Source: Octopus sinensis (lineage: Eukaryota). From it: 64,000 nt of DNA. Below the pieces are notes generated by a model, which was not told the DNA's origin, searched no databases, and worked only from the letters and a program-made list of their open reading frames with translations. The stretch spans positions 1,302,001-1,366,000 of the forward strand of contig NC_043025.1 in the NCBI RefSeq assembly GCF_006345805.1, read 5' to 3'. The position numbers and the translations under genes are program-made. This document shows, in pieces, positions 51,550 through 64,000 of the stretch. Position 1 is the stretch's first letter, and the number at the start of each line of letters is the position of its first letter.

Positions 51550-52960
51550 ATGCGAATAAAAAACAATTATATAGAACGGCCTATCAAAAAGGTATACAAT
51601 CGACTAAAAATTCTAAAGTGTGTCATGCGACTAAAAATCTAAATTAAAATATCAATCGACTAAAAATAGTTTTTTTTTTTACTCCCCTCAAACAAAAAAG
51701 TACGTCAAAAAAATTAATTTCGTAAAAAGCATGGCAGGATGGAGTCCAAGAGCAAAAAGAGTTCCACAAAATCAATTCAAACACATCAAGGGCCATTTCA
51801 GGAGTTCATTGTTGTGGTTCGATTACGAGTTAAAGAGCATCTCGGCAATGACCCCTCTCATCCGAAATTTGACTTTTTATTACCCATGAGGGGCCAACAA
51901 AGAGGAGACAAACAAAGCACATAGGGACAAGAAATGAGAGAAAAAAAAACGGAAAACGAACGACAGCAAGATGAATATGAAAACTGTAATTCAGCTTTTC
52001 GTTCCCACCTCTGAGTGGCTTCATTTATACCTTTCTTCGATCTGAGATCCTGCAAAAATGTCAATCTTTTGTTTCCTTAGAATGTCCATATAGTCTAAGT
52101 AGCATGATGACTGACTTATGTCCATTTTTATCTTCCAGTATTGATATACATCCTTGCATTCCATTATTTTTCCTAATTGCTCCTTGATTATCAGCAAGCA
52201 ATTATACCACCTTTGTATATTGGTGTAGGAACTTGTACCTGCTGCAACTGTATCTTCCCACGCACTCAATTCATTGCAAACTTCCTCATTTGATTCCTCA
52301 TCTAACATTACGTAATTACTTTTTTCCTTGGCCGGGGGAGGGGAAGTACGGGGTTCCTTCTTTTCCCTGCCATTTCTCATTCGTTGTTCATTCCATTATC
52401 TTCCTTTTCTTCTGTTGTTGCTGGTATCACGACTGTCCCCTTACTCACTGCTCTTTCTTGGGGGCCCTTCCTGGGGCTTTTTGTATGTGGGCAGAAGTAG
52501 TATTTCTTCCATTTTATGACAGGGTTGCCGAGTGTAGCCTAGCAAAGTAAAACAGCAAAATATAACTCACATTAAACAGCCAAAAGAAACTCGACAAATT
52601 TATACTTTTATTACCCACAAGGGGCCACACAGAGGGGACAATACAAAATATGTGGGGAAAAGAAAGAAAGAAAAAAAAACAAAAAACGTATGACAGGAAG
52701 ACCCTTTAAAACTAAATATTATTTACCACATCTAATATAACTTCTATATACTTTCAGAAAGTAGAAAAAAGAAACTTATGGTTTTTTATTACGAAATGAA
52801 CTTTTTTGACGTACTTTTTTGTTTGAGGGGAGTAAAAAAAAATCTTTTTAGTCGATTGATATTTTATTTAGATTTTTAGTCGCATGACACGCTTTAGAAT
52901 TTTTAGTCGATTGTATACCTTTTTGATAGGCCGTTCTATATATTTGTTTTTTATTCGCAT
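51550..52960. repeat. Pair of inverted repeats of about 175 bp (51550-51725 and 52789-52960) around about 1 kb
   Basis: ATGCGAATAAAAAACAA.TATATAGAACGGCCTATC...TTTCGTAA is mirrored by TTACGAAA...GATAGGCCGTTCTATATA.TTGTTTTTTATTCGCAT. Three CGACTAAAAAT sub-repeats per arm. Confidence 0.88.
51870..52690 (-). mobile_element. Unclassified retroposon-like fragments (ORF 52021-52380 and two similar 3' ends)
   Basis: Minus-strand ends GGCCCCT..TGGGTAATAAAA near 51872-51900 and 52605-52630. A 119-aa ORF precedes a T-rich UTR. Confidence 0.4.
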
Positions 52961-54570
52961 AAATATTTTTTACCTCCTGTGTTTTTTTTTATACTTTATA
53001 CGTTTAAGAGCCATAGTAATATTTATATATGATCAAAAGTTTTTGGAGGTTTGGTGTTGTATATAAAGTCGTTGACTCGAATTTGATGTTTGGTCTTTGA
53101 TCAATGTTTTTTGGCCTCAATTACATTTGAACGCTTCTTTTTGCAGTCTTATAAAGTCTTTTGTCTCCATAAAAAGAGACAAAAATTATTTCTTGCCGTA
53201 TATATATGTATGTGTGTGTGTATATATACATACGTATACACACACGCACACACACACACACACACATATATATACATACATATATACACAGATATACACA
53301 TATATATATATACATGCACGTATGTAATGTACACTCTATACAGTCTTGATTTCAATCTGCAGTACAATAGTCTTTCTAAGAGTTCCTGGTCAATAATCAA
53401 TACTTACAATATCAACTTCAAACTCTACTTCACAATATCACTATCAATTGCTACACATTCTAACTATTCTAACTATTGTATTGAATAACTTTACAATTCC
53501 ATTTGAACTCTTACTATTCAATGATGTTCCCTTTAATAGATATTGGATTGTCTTGCCGAAGAAAAACCTCGGTACACACAGCTAAAAACATTAAATCAAA
53601 GTTACCAGCCACGTATCATATGAAATGTATATACACTGTTAGAAGACGTGGTGCTGTGGAATTGTGTGAGATAAAATCTCCAGCCCTGAAAGCTTCCGTA
53701 ATACAGTGAACGTTTTATACACTGTTTCCTATACATCATGAGGCAAATTCCATTGAAGCAGGTAGTGATCAGTTGCCTTACATTGATAAACCTTTAGAAA
53801 CACGAAACACATCTATCAAGAATCACTGTAGCAATGTTGCTCTGATGTATATTATGCTTTGAAAACAAGTCTATGAAGAGATATTTATCTCAGACAATAC
53901 CACAGCATCATGACTTCAAGCATTGTGTAGACATTTAGTATGAATCACAGTTGGTAATCGGAATGGATTGGATATTAAACATCCCGTCTTGTTGACTCGG
54001 TCCAATTTTCTCTACAACATTAATTATCTAAGTTAATGTATTCTAGGAAATAGGAAAATATCAGAAGACCAGTAAAGAGACAGATTGGGGTGCATCGTGT
54101 ATTGTAGTGGTGGTTGTCGTGGTAGTGGTACCTGACATTATTCAGTTTCGCACTAGATACTTCCTTAAATTAGTGCTATAGTGGTGAATACGAATAAACC
54201 CAGCTATTTTATGAGCCCCATTTTAATTAATATTAATTAATAAAGCGACATCAAATGTATACATAAGAAATTATAATTCTTCTTTATCAAACTTGATCTG
54301 CTAATCACGTGTTCACTCTTGTTCAAGTCCCCTAAAACTTACTATAGTAAGGGATAAAGGTAGATCCGGCTGAACCCGATTTGTTTAGGACATCTTAATG
54401 GATTTATCATGTCTCTAAGACACAGTCATAACAAGTTCTATTGAGGGACCATATAGAATTTTTAATCTGTTTAATCAAGTGCCCAGTAAAAGAAAGTAAT
54501 GATACATTGATATCCACCCGAATTTTGATGTAACTTTTTAATCTTTCTTTTTCTTTTTATCTCTATAAAG

Positions 54571-54780
54571 CCTGATGTGGAAGTGAATACCAAGAACATA
54601 AAAGAAACGACACCATTGTTTGATGCTGTTTCCCTTAGTCACTTTGGAATACTTCAGAAGCTAGTTTCACATGGAGCAGAATTAGACGCTCTTGATGCTG
54701 ATGGTAACAACTGTCTTCACCTCGCCGTGAAGAAAGATAAGTTCCATTCTGAGGAGGAGACTGGAGAGCATTTAGACTAT
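54571..54780 (+). CDS. Internal exon E of the ankyrin-repeat gene
   Basis: Pyrimidine tract plus aag acceptor, TAT|gtaagt donor; 210 bp, phase 0 to 0. Encodes PDVEVNTKNIKETTPLFDAVSLSHFGILQKLVSHGAELDALDADGNNCLHLAVKK. Confidence 0.9.
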
Positions 54781-55179
54781 GTAAGTCTTACAACCGTTTA
54801 TAAATATTTGAGTGACAAACAGAAAGATATTACTTGTCGCAATTCACACCCATCAATCCCCCCCCATTGTCATAAAGTAATCCAGTCACTCTTGATAACC
54901 CGACTTATATTATGTGACTAACAATATTCTATTTCCTTCCTTTCTCAAAGACAACGCTCTTCCACCGTAGTAAAGGTAACCCATCTGGGATGTTAATCAT
55001 ATAAACACAGCCATCACAGTGTGAAGGGAAGGTGACCTATTGAAGAGAGTAAATGTTATTCTCAAATAACAATAATACAAGGTATAGGAGAGGTCTGTAT
55101 GATAACCTTTATAGTGCTGGGGCCATCATACATCCAGTCTATTCAATGAAGAATTCTGAATGAACATCTCTCTGTCATA

Positions 55180-57632
55180 CGTCTTGTACACGACGTATAT
55201 ACATTGACCTGTTGAATGTTAGAACACAAGAGAATGGATACAATGAAGTAAGGTCCTTAGTATGTTTTCCTTTACTATGGACGGTCCTTGGTGACAGCCT
55301 TCCAGGTACTTGGGTCAATGGAGCAGCGTAAGGGAGTGGCCTTGAGTTGACCTCGGAAATGGAATTTGGAGGCTTCGCATGCTCTGTTGCCTGATGCCAA
55401 CTCCACAAAAAATATTTGATGTGGCCGACTAGCGGAGGTGGTATCAAGTTATCATAGCATCAATACAGGGTAGTCTGACTCGGAACAGAATTTCCTCTTT
55501 ATTGGTAATGTAGTCTTTCCATTGACTCCCCATAATTGCGTGAAATTTTATTTGTGCGGTTCGAAACGCTCGACTTTCATCAAGCCATATGATACAGCAC
55601 CCACCTCTCACAGCCGTAGAGGGGTGTGGGAAGATCAGAATACCATGGTTTTCATTTGGATGGGGAGGTCGTGGTTTAGTAAGACTCATTTTGAAAATTT
55701 TCCAAAAGAAGTAGGGGTTTCGTTGACCTTGTTTGTCTTTCTTATTTGTCTAGGCAGGTAGCTTCCAAGATATAAGAAATTCTCCACGACTTTCAAGGCA
55801 GTAACATGTAGCTTTAAGACACCAAAATCAGGAGGTAGGTGGGCCAGACCCTCCCTGTACAAAGATCTTCGTCTTCTTTACATTTGTGCTCAGATCAATG
55901 CCGGTACACAAATTTTCCTAGACGTTCACAGCTTTCTGAAGATCAAAAAGGAAGTGCACGAATGTGCATATTGTCATCAACGCGCTGCAGCTCATGTACT
56001 TTGGCCAAGGTGGAAATGTCGACGAGCTCTAAACCGTCGGTGTTGAAAAGCACTTCATCTATTCTGTAACGGATATCTGCACCAGGAGCCATATTAGGGG
56101 TTTCATGAATCATAGCATTAAGGTAGAGGGAAAACAGAGTAAGAATGAGAATGCATCATTGCTTCAGGCCAGTCGTAATTGGGATGGAACTGGCGAGAGC
56201 GTTCTTGGCGATGATTCGGCCAGACTTTCCGTCATATAGAGTGTGAATGAGGCGCACAAATTAATTGGGAGAAACATAACGCTTCAGAGTGACCCCTATT
56301 GTAGGTCTCAGTATGTTGCCGAAAGCCTTCTCTAAGTCCCAGAACACAAAGAATTGGCTTTCTCTGCTCGAGTGTCTTTTCTTGGAGAAGCTAAGTACAA
56401 AAGACCATGTCGATGGTACCCTGGGTAGGGCAGAAGCCTTACTGTGACTCTGGAAGAACATTCTCAACAACGACCACTAATCTAACAGGATCCTGGCGAA
56501 GATATTTCCAGCAATACTGAGAATAGGAGATACCGAGATAGTTTCCACAAATTGTCCGGTCACCCTTCTTGAAGACTGTAATGATGGTCTGGTCTTTACA
56601 GGTCCGCAAGAATAGCCTCCATCTCCCACAGGCTTTGGATAACCATATACATCTTAGTCTTCAAGATTTGAACACCATGAGACAGGAGCCCCAGAGATAT
56701 GTTGTCAGGACCAGGTGCTTTCCATGTCTTCATACGTTTTAGTGCCTTTTCAAACCCAGGGTAGTGACATCCAGTGTCGTGTCGGATATTGGGGGACATT
56801 ATGGAGCAAGTCAATCACTGGGGCAGATGACCGATGGAGGCGTATTTGAAAATGTTTCTTCCATCGTTCAAAGATATTTTGAGTGACTGCAAGGGAGGTT
56901 TAAGGCATCAGCCGATTTGAGTATATTTGTTATTCTGCAAAAGGACCAAAAGTTTCCTTTGTCACAGCATAAAAATATGTAAGGTCCCTGCTGTCCGTGA
57001 ATGACTATCTCCCTTGTTTTTGCTCGACACCAGAGATTCTGGAGTTCATAGATCCTATTCCGGTATTTCTGCTTGGCCTCTTGGAAGCATTGCAAGTGGG
57101 GGAGCATATGAAATTCTCCCACGCCAGATAAGAGGTTCTTTTCTGGTTGATTAGCTTGGTAATCCGGTCACCATTTTGGTCAAACCTGAATAGGCCAAGC
57201 CAGTTACATCCTACAGCTGCCGATAAAATCAACCTTTACGTAGGAGCCGACATCATGTGGATCCGGATTAGGGGTTCGCAGCTGACCCAGCCTTCTCCTG
57301 TTGCCCGGATTACTATCGCTACTTAGGGAAGGAAGCGAAGAGACTCATTGTTCAAGCCACAGAGGGCTTTCCTGTGATTTTGTTCAGGGTGGACCATGTA
57401 TTGTGATCATAAGGTCCACTCGCCTGGTCACTCGCCTTCACCAGTGGCACCACTGGGATTGGTGACATATTGGATCTGGTTAGAGTCGTTGCAGCAGGCT
57501 GCTGGATATCTCGGATATAATTGAAATCTGCCTTGTTCATGCTAGCCTACATAGTAGCGATGGTTTTCTATCAGAATTTCCTTCACCGAGACGGACTGCC
57601 TTCCAGGCTGATGAGCTCCATCTACCCGAAAC
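55180..57632 (-). mobile_element. Heavily decayed, internally deleted RTE LINE including its 5' UTR
   Basis: KAPGPDNI, GISYSQYCWK (broken RGISLLSIAGK), FWDLEKAF. 5' motif GGGTAGATGGAGCTCATCAGCCTGGAAGGCAGTCC on the minus strand. Confidence 0.7.
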
Positions 57633-57840
57633 AACACATGCAAGTTAACCCATAGTTGGGGGCCTAACAGCTGCTACTACTCTGGGCAGATTAGACCTGG
57701 GGACACTGGTGGTTAACAGATGGTTCCACACTCCTCGAAACTCTGGAATTCTTGTACCAAGGCCCCACTACCAGAAGCAGTTTAAATCTTTCACCAAGAC
57801 ATACAATTAGTGATGATAATTACATATATAAATATATATA

Positions 57841-59840
57841 CTAGCTGATGTACTCGGAGTTTCCTAGAAAAGCGGGGCTTATCCTTGGTTCTATTTGCAT
57901 AATTGTTTTGCTAATCCAATAATAAGAATACAAAATATGTAGCCCTTAAAACGGTTTTTGTTTATTTACAGAGAATATCGAACTGTCTTACATAGGATCT
58001 TGTTTTTAGGAAATCACAATAAGTTATGAATACCCAAATCGTGAAGTCAGTTACATTGTAACATGGAATTAGTTACCCGATTGTAAGAATTCAATTATAA
58101 CTTAGCCCCGACAAGGGCTTTATTGCATTGCTAGAGTATACAAAACTTTGGAGGAAATACCAGTAAGTTATGTATACCAAAATCGTGAAGCATGTTACGT
58201 AATAACAAGCTGATCGGATATGAGATGCTAACAATTCAAAGCAAATAACTCTGAAGAGAGTTTTTGTGCATTCCCAGTGAATATAACCCTTAGATGATAC
58301 CTTCAGATGATATCTGAAGTAAGTGAGCAAGCCGGGGCCTGAGACAAAGGATCCTATTGCGACTCCTTCCATTCTTGTACGCCACATGCATTCTTTTACT
58401 ACTGCAACCGTGCAATGAAAACATGCCTCACCTTCCTTCTAGAGTCCAGTTGGCGGTATCATCTTAATCATAGACTCAGCCGAGAGCTGTACTCGTCCCA
58501 GATGCTATAACACGTGTTCTGCGTAACTTATCAAGTCTGACAACTGCCGACAGTTAGTGTTGAAATAGATTTAAAATGGATGTAGAAACAGACTGACATT
58601 TAGTTTTACAGTAGACATACAAATAACTTTTCATTTTAAAATAAAATAACATGTAGATTATCAATTCATTTATAAAACTTACAAATATTACAGTAAAATA
58701 ATAAATACCTGATAATTTGGTGAATCTTATTAAGTTTTTTTTAAAGTTTTTTTAAGTTTCAGCTCAGAGCTGCGGCCATGAGCTTCTTGATAATCAACAT
58801 TTTTGGTCTTTCCTTGTGGGGCATAAATAAACAAATAATTAGGATTTCCAACTCTTGAGGATCCCACATAAAGTTGTCCATGTTCAGACCTACCACATCT
58901 AAGGACTCCCCCTGGGCCTTGTTAATGGTCATTGCAAAGCTCAGTTTCAACGGGAATTGCAGGTGCTTGTACTGGAAAGGTATATCCGAGAGAATCAGTG
59001 GAATTCTAGGAATGAATACAGGCTCACCGCTTGCTTTATCAGTCAAAATTGTTGTCTCCAAGACTGTTGGCATCATCTTCTGTATTATAAGTCGTGTGCC
59101 ATTGCAAAGCTTTGGTGGATTGAGGTTTCGATGGAGCATAACTAGTGCCCCAATCTTGAGGTGAAAGTTGTGAGGCGGGAGGCCGGGTGGTATTAGACTA
59201 TTCAAGAATTCAACTGGATAATTCACAGCTTCATCGATGTTGAATACAGCGTCAATGGAATTGAAGATGTGACACTCACCTGGCAACTGTTCCAGAAGTT
59301 TGATGTTCAAATCATCAACTGCCACATTCTTTGGAACTAAAATGGCACGGGTTTTCAGCCAGTTGTGGTCTGTAAAGTGATTCCTTTGATGTGGAAACAC
59401 CTTATTCATTAGTTCCTTTAAAGCAGATACCATATGTCCAAAAGGCAAGCTTGCCCAACCATCCTTCTCGCCAACCGAAGTACCATTACCAAGGTCCAAC
59501 AGTTGCTTTGAAAAAGTCATGTCTGCATCATCACCATTCAGCTGGTTGTGAGTCTCAACGTTTGCACACTGCTCCATAGGGAGGGCAACTTTATGCTAGC
59601 ATTTACATCATCAGCTCTTGTTCCCTATGGAACCACGGGCAAAGTTTGTCTAAATTCTCTTGCAAGCAAGATTGCGGCACCTCCCATGAGCCTGGTATTG
59701 TGTCTCAGGTCTTGAAGGGAAACCTTATGGATCATTGTTGCTTCATCCCAGATGATGAACCTGCATTTAGCCAGAAGTTTGCCTTTTATAGAACCACGAC
59801 TGATGTTTCAGTTTGCCTTCTCTTTCTTGAACAGGTCTAA
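57841..59840 (-). mobile_element. Helitron 3' part with decayed PIF1 helicase
   Basis: ORF 58759-59577: RAILVPKN, YPVEFLNSL.PPGLPPH, LCNGTRL, QFPLKLSFAMTINKAQG. Minus-strand 3' end CTAG|T at 57841 with a decayed hairpin. The 5' end was not identified. Confidence 0.85.
58301..58552 (-). repeat. 252-bp copy of internal LINE sequence 61570-61821 embedded in the Helitron
   Basis: Aligns end to end with 4 substitutions by eye. Confidence 0.93.
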
Positions 59841-59879
59841 AATGAGTTTGAGACAGGAATGAGAATGCAAGTTCTATCT

Positions 59880-60020
59880 GTAGTCTCGGGTGGTGGGGAC
59901 CGAAAATGTAACAAATATTTGGCCACGCATGGACATGGACCGAAAAGTTCAGTTCTGGAATTCAGACATGAAGCCGGGTCTAAGCTGCTATTCCAGATGA
60001 GCCGTCTTTCTATATTACAT
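59880..60020 (-). mobile_element. Possible extreme C-terminal remnant of a Penelope-like element
   Basis: LCNIERRLI...CLNSRTELFGPCPCVAKYLL parallels LCSMETYEV...LLNNRLELGKSCIH at 22030-22125. Confidence 0.45.
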
Positions 60021-60458
60021 AGACCGTGTGTATGGGCGTTTATGGTGCGAGCGTGTGTGTGTGCGGGTTTGTATGTATGTATATACATATACATTTGACG
60101 AAAGATGTGATTGAAAATGTATACGTTTTCAAGTGAGGGTGAAGGAATGTATACTTTAGGCGCACGCTCATAGGTGTGCGGGCGCACATGTGTAGGTATG
60201 AACAGGCATGCTTACGCGAATACTATGAACTTTTTTACCCCCTTACTTAGAAGTCATTTGAATAGCTCTTTTGTCTTAATAACAGTCAATCCCACAGTAA
60301 TTTCCCTTTGTTTAACGGTCATTTTTCATAGCATTTTTCCGATGGCCAGATAACTGAAGAGATGGCGGTGTGGATTTCCACCTTGGTATCCGAAACTCGG
60401 AGTTTTATCATGGCTACCGAATAATTGTTTCATATTACATTTACAGATATATATATAT

Positions 60459-60976
60459 CTGGCTGCTATTTCTAGTGGGTCGAACGGCCTATTGTAGCCG
60501 TTCCTCAATTGTTGTTGAATTTATTAATAGTCTCTGACTATTTCCTCTTTCTCACTAGACCGCTGGTGGCAAAATAATTTCTATTGAATTTTTTGCTACC
60601 CTAAATTGATTAATTGATAATTTTCTGATTAATTCCGAAATTGAATCGGCAGTTTATATTTGGCGCGAGTACGATGATTTTGAAAATTTTAGGTCAGATA
60701 TTACCGAGGCATGAAGGTAGCTGCCTCGTGTAATTTCTGTCCCTTCTGGCTCCTTTACTGATGAGCGCGTTGGCCTTTTGGAAGATTGACTTGATTAAGT
60801 TTAATTTAATTTAATCAGGCTGGTTTACCATTAAAAAACGCCGAAACAATGCATTGTCTAAAGAAAAACAAGGTAAATGCTCTGATTTCGGAATTACTAC
60901 TATTTGCGGTTGGAGCCCTGGCTGCTATTTCTAGTGGGTCGAACGGCCTATTGTAGCCGCTCCTCAATTGTTGTTG
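60459..60976 (+). mobile_element. Retrozyme-like non-coding element: 459-bp unit plus 59-bp terminal direct repeat
   Basis: 60459-60517 equals 60918-60976 with 1 mismatch. (TA)n on both flanks, no ORF, internal hammerhead. Confidence 0.78.
60753..60863 (+). ncRNA. Type-I hammerhead ribozyme with canonical core
   Basis: CTTTA CTGATGA G(C)GCGTT...AACGCC GAAA CAATGCATTG TC TAAAG. Stem I 5 bp, long stem II with inner helix CTTGATTAAGTT/AATTTAATCAGG, 12-nt palindrome ACAATGCATTGT. GUC cleavage after 60858. Confidence 0.85.
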
Positions 60977-61156
60977 TATATATATATATATATAAGTATA
61001 ATAGCCATCTCAAAATGGCTAACCACAAAGGGGGGTGTTACTGTAGCTTTTTAGTCCCAGAAGATCAACATCTCCAGCTGGTTTTAGACACAATTTCTGT
61101 GCCCTTCAGGTATTTGCAAAGGGAGGCCATCCCTTTATTGTAAGCCTAAGTGATAC

Positions 61157-61201
61157 GCACCGGACCGCGGTTTCGAGATTATTGTCTCTTATCAACGGGC
61201 G
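61157..61201 (-). ncRNA. Minimal hammerhead-like motif with two core transitions
   Basis: Minus strand: CCG TTGATAA GAGA caataa TCTC GAAA CCGCGG TC CGG, with palindrome ACCGCGGT. Confidence 0.6.
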
Positions 61202-61399
61202 GTAATCACCAGATCACGATTAATTCTTTATTACGATTATAAAATCAGTACATAGAAGAACAATACAGGACATACATACAAAAAACAGTTAAGTGGTTCG
61301 TTTAAAAATTTCCAAAATATATGGATTATTCATTATACAAAAAACTGTATTTAATTGTCGTTTGCATTGACTAATATAACATTGCATTAGATTGAAATC

Positions 61400-64000
61400 T
61401 TACCGATATATTTTAAAGCCCGGCAACCTATAAGGCCCCGCAGGCTTCCTTTCCTCTTCTCCATCCATAGTTAAACTGGGTTTCTGACACCCACCTTTTT
61501 CTCCACTTCCTTCCATCTTTTTTCCTACACACCTCGTGGTAAGGTCTTCTTTTCTAGCCCCATTTTGCTCTTCAGATGATATCTGAAGTAAGTGAGCAAG
61601 CCGGGGCCTGAGACAAAGGATCCTATTGCGACTCCTTCCATTCTTGTACGCCACATGCATTCTTTTACTACTGCAACCGTGCAGTGAAAACATGCCTCGC
61701 CTTCCTTCTAGAGTCCAGTTGGCGGTATCATCTTAATCATAGACTCAGCCGACAGCTGTACTCGTCCCAGATGCGATAACACGTGTTCTGCGTAACTTAT
61801 CAAGTCTGACAACTGCCGACAATGTACAAAAGCGTGCTGGACGGTTTCATCGTCCAACCCGCATCTTGGACATGTCGGTGGCACTGAAATTCCGTGCCGC
61901 GATAACTTCTCGCGAACAGGTAAAGCATTCCTATAACATTGCCAGGCCAGGGATCTTTGGAAATTATCCAAATACCCAGTCCTGAAAGTCTTTTTAAACA
62001 GGTTGGTAAGCTGGTCTTCGTCAAACCCCAGAGCCCCTCTAGGACGTCGTCGTTCTTTGCCTCTACCAGCCTGCTATAAAATACCGAGGTGGTATTTCCG
62101 CAGCCGGCCTTGCCCGCCTTGTGGATCACCGTGAGTGCCTGTCGGCACTCCTTTTGCCATAAAGTCAGATTCCGTCTTTTGATGCAACCGGGTTTAAAAT
62201 TCACTAAGGAAGCCGGTCTCGGGAAAAATTCCCCTGCCAGCGGACTCCACACCTTATCACCCTCCAGGTGGTGCCAGAGATGCTTCAGCCTCAACGCATG
62301 TCTGCGCATCATCAACCAAGGCATTCCTAACCCACCCTTTAACGGTTCCTGGCAGCAAACGGAGCGCCTCACAAGTGGCTTTCCTCCCTTCCACAAAAAG
62401 CGGAAAAGGATTCGCTCCAACTTGCTAAGCCATGAATCGGGGCAAGGGACAACGGTCAGGCGGTAAGTGATTACAGATGCAATGAACACCTGTACCACCT
62501 CCGCCCTTCCTTTCAAGGACAGAAACCTTCCGGACCAGGTCCGTACTATGGCCTCCACCTTGCCCGTCACCTCACTCCAATTCCTCTCCGTTTGGGAGTC
62601 TGGCTCAAACAAAACTCCTAGCAACTTAAAAGGACCATCTGTCCAGTGTCCCACGGCACTGGACGATATCGACTTGCTCCTCCAGGTGCCGAGGCGTAAG
62701 CCAATCGACTTGTCCTTGTTAACTTTTGCTCCTGCCACCGCCTCGTATCCTCTGATAGCATCTTCTACACAAGGTAGCTGAGCCTCATTGGACACGATGA
62801 GGGTGACGTCATCCGCATAAGCAGAAACCGTCCTCCCGCCTCCGATCTCATCCGGGTTACTTCCCAGCCTCTCCAAATTTCGCAGCCATGGCTCGAGAGC
62901 CAACACGTACAAAAGTGGTGACAAGGGGCACCCTCGACGAACTGAACATTCGATCGAAAACGGTTCCGTTAGGTAACCGTTTATCTGGACGGTGGACTTG
63001 ATGCCGCTATACATAGCGGAGATCCACCCGCGAAATTCAGGGCCCAGTCCAGCCGCTTCGGGACTGTCGCCAGGTACTTATGGTCTACCCTATCGAATGC
63101 TTTACTTTGGTCTAAATGGACCATTACCCCGCCCTTGCCGGTTAATTTACCCACCCTATCTCAGGTGTAGCGTATAAGGTGAAGATTGTCCTGGATCGAC
63201 CTGCCTGGAATTGCACATGTCTGTGCTTTCCCTACAAGTTTCTCCACGACAGTCGTCAACCTTTTTGCCAACACCTTGGCCAAAATCTTTAACGCTACAT
63301 TAAGTAGAGTTATGGGCCTGTAATTACTAATGTTATCCCCCTTGCTCGGGTCTTTCTGGATTAGCGTCACCACTCCCCGGCTTACAGAACTGGGAATTCT
63401 CCCGTTCTGCTGTCAGTTCGCGTAGACGCCTGCCAGTATTCCCCCGAACAAGTCCGGCATACTTTGGTAAAACTCGTAGGGCAGACCATCCAACCCCGGT
63501 AACTTCTCCCCGGCGCATCCGGCCAGTACCCCCTCTATCTCCGCGGTAGTGATCGCTCATTCACAGCACTCCACCTCACGCCCCGAGAGCCGCGGTCCGC
63601 CGGCTAGGAAGTCCTTTAAGACCCTCCCCCGCTCCAGCGACCCACACCTCCCGAACGCGCGGACGAAATGCTGGTGAAGAAACTTTTGCATCTCCTCCTG
63701 TCCATAGATCTTGTGTCCCTGTTCGTCAGTTAAAGACTTAATTGAAGCTTTGTTACCTCTCTGACTCTCCACTCGACGGGCCCATCCGGCAACGTTAATA
63801 CCTTCTCGTTTCCCTGCGCGTAGCTTAGCTCTAACGTGTTTGGAGTTAAGGTGACGGTACAATACCGTCCTTGCCGCCATCACTCCGGATGCAGAGCCAG
63901 ATTCCATTGCCTCGTTTAGATTCTTAACTAAATCGTCCTCTATCCTAGACCTATCTAACCATAGCTGATTGCTAAATCTAATGGACTCTGAACGAATGGC
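61400..64000 (-). mobile_element. Tx1/L1-clade LINE ORF2 (RT and zinc finger), decayed, continuing past the window
   Basis: NYRPITLLN..KILAKVLAKRL, QTCAIPGRSIQDN, SVRRGCPLSPLLY, AYADDVT, CPRCGLDDETVQHAFVHC, with several frameshifts. Confidence 0.92.

Noticed and set aside
57608-57632. CTGATGA...CGAAAC hammerhead-like string on the + strand
   Set aside because: No stem II, stem III or stem I pairing. It is the antisense of the RTE 5' UTR motif.

Overview
This is AT-rich, microsatellite-saturated animal genomic DNA. The repeat landscape suggests an octopus or other coleoid cephalopod, which is inference only. The only host gene is a + strand ankyrin-repeat protein gene with five internal exons: 673-824, 10687-10843, 38652-39232, 45111-45147 and 54571-54780. 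They splice GT-AG into one open 379-codon frame with about 11 ankyrin repeats and resemble the mind bomb-2 (MIB2) ankyrin region. The gene starts before the window and ends after exon E. Its introns and downstream region are a nest of mobile elements: RTE LINEs (one full-length), a CR1-group LINE, an R4/Dong LINE inside a Penelope-like element, a Tx1/L1-like LINE, about five Penelope-like elements, three Helitrons, two mariners and a hAT relic. The most notable layer is non-coding and invisible in the ORF track. There are ten type-I hammerhead-ribozyme motifs, most with palindromic stem III. One has an intact core inside a 459-bp non-coding unit with 59-bp terminal redundancy (60459-60976), which looks like a retrozyme. 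Another is a Penelope family whose hammerhead carries a shared non-canonical core. There are also several locally templated inverted or direct insertions and long intronic inverted repeats. Most ORF-track entries are microsatellite artefacts. All coordinates and alignments were read by eye; element boundaries are approximate unless termini are quoted.
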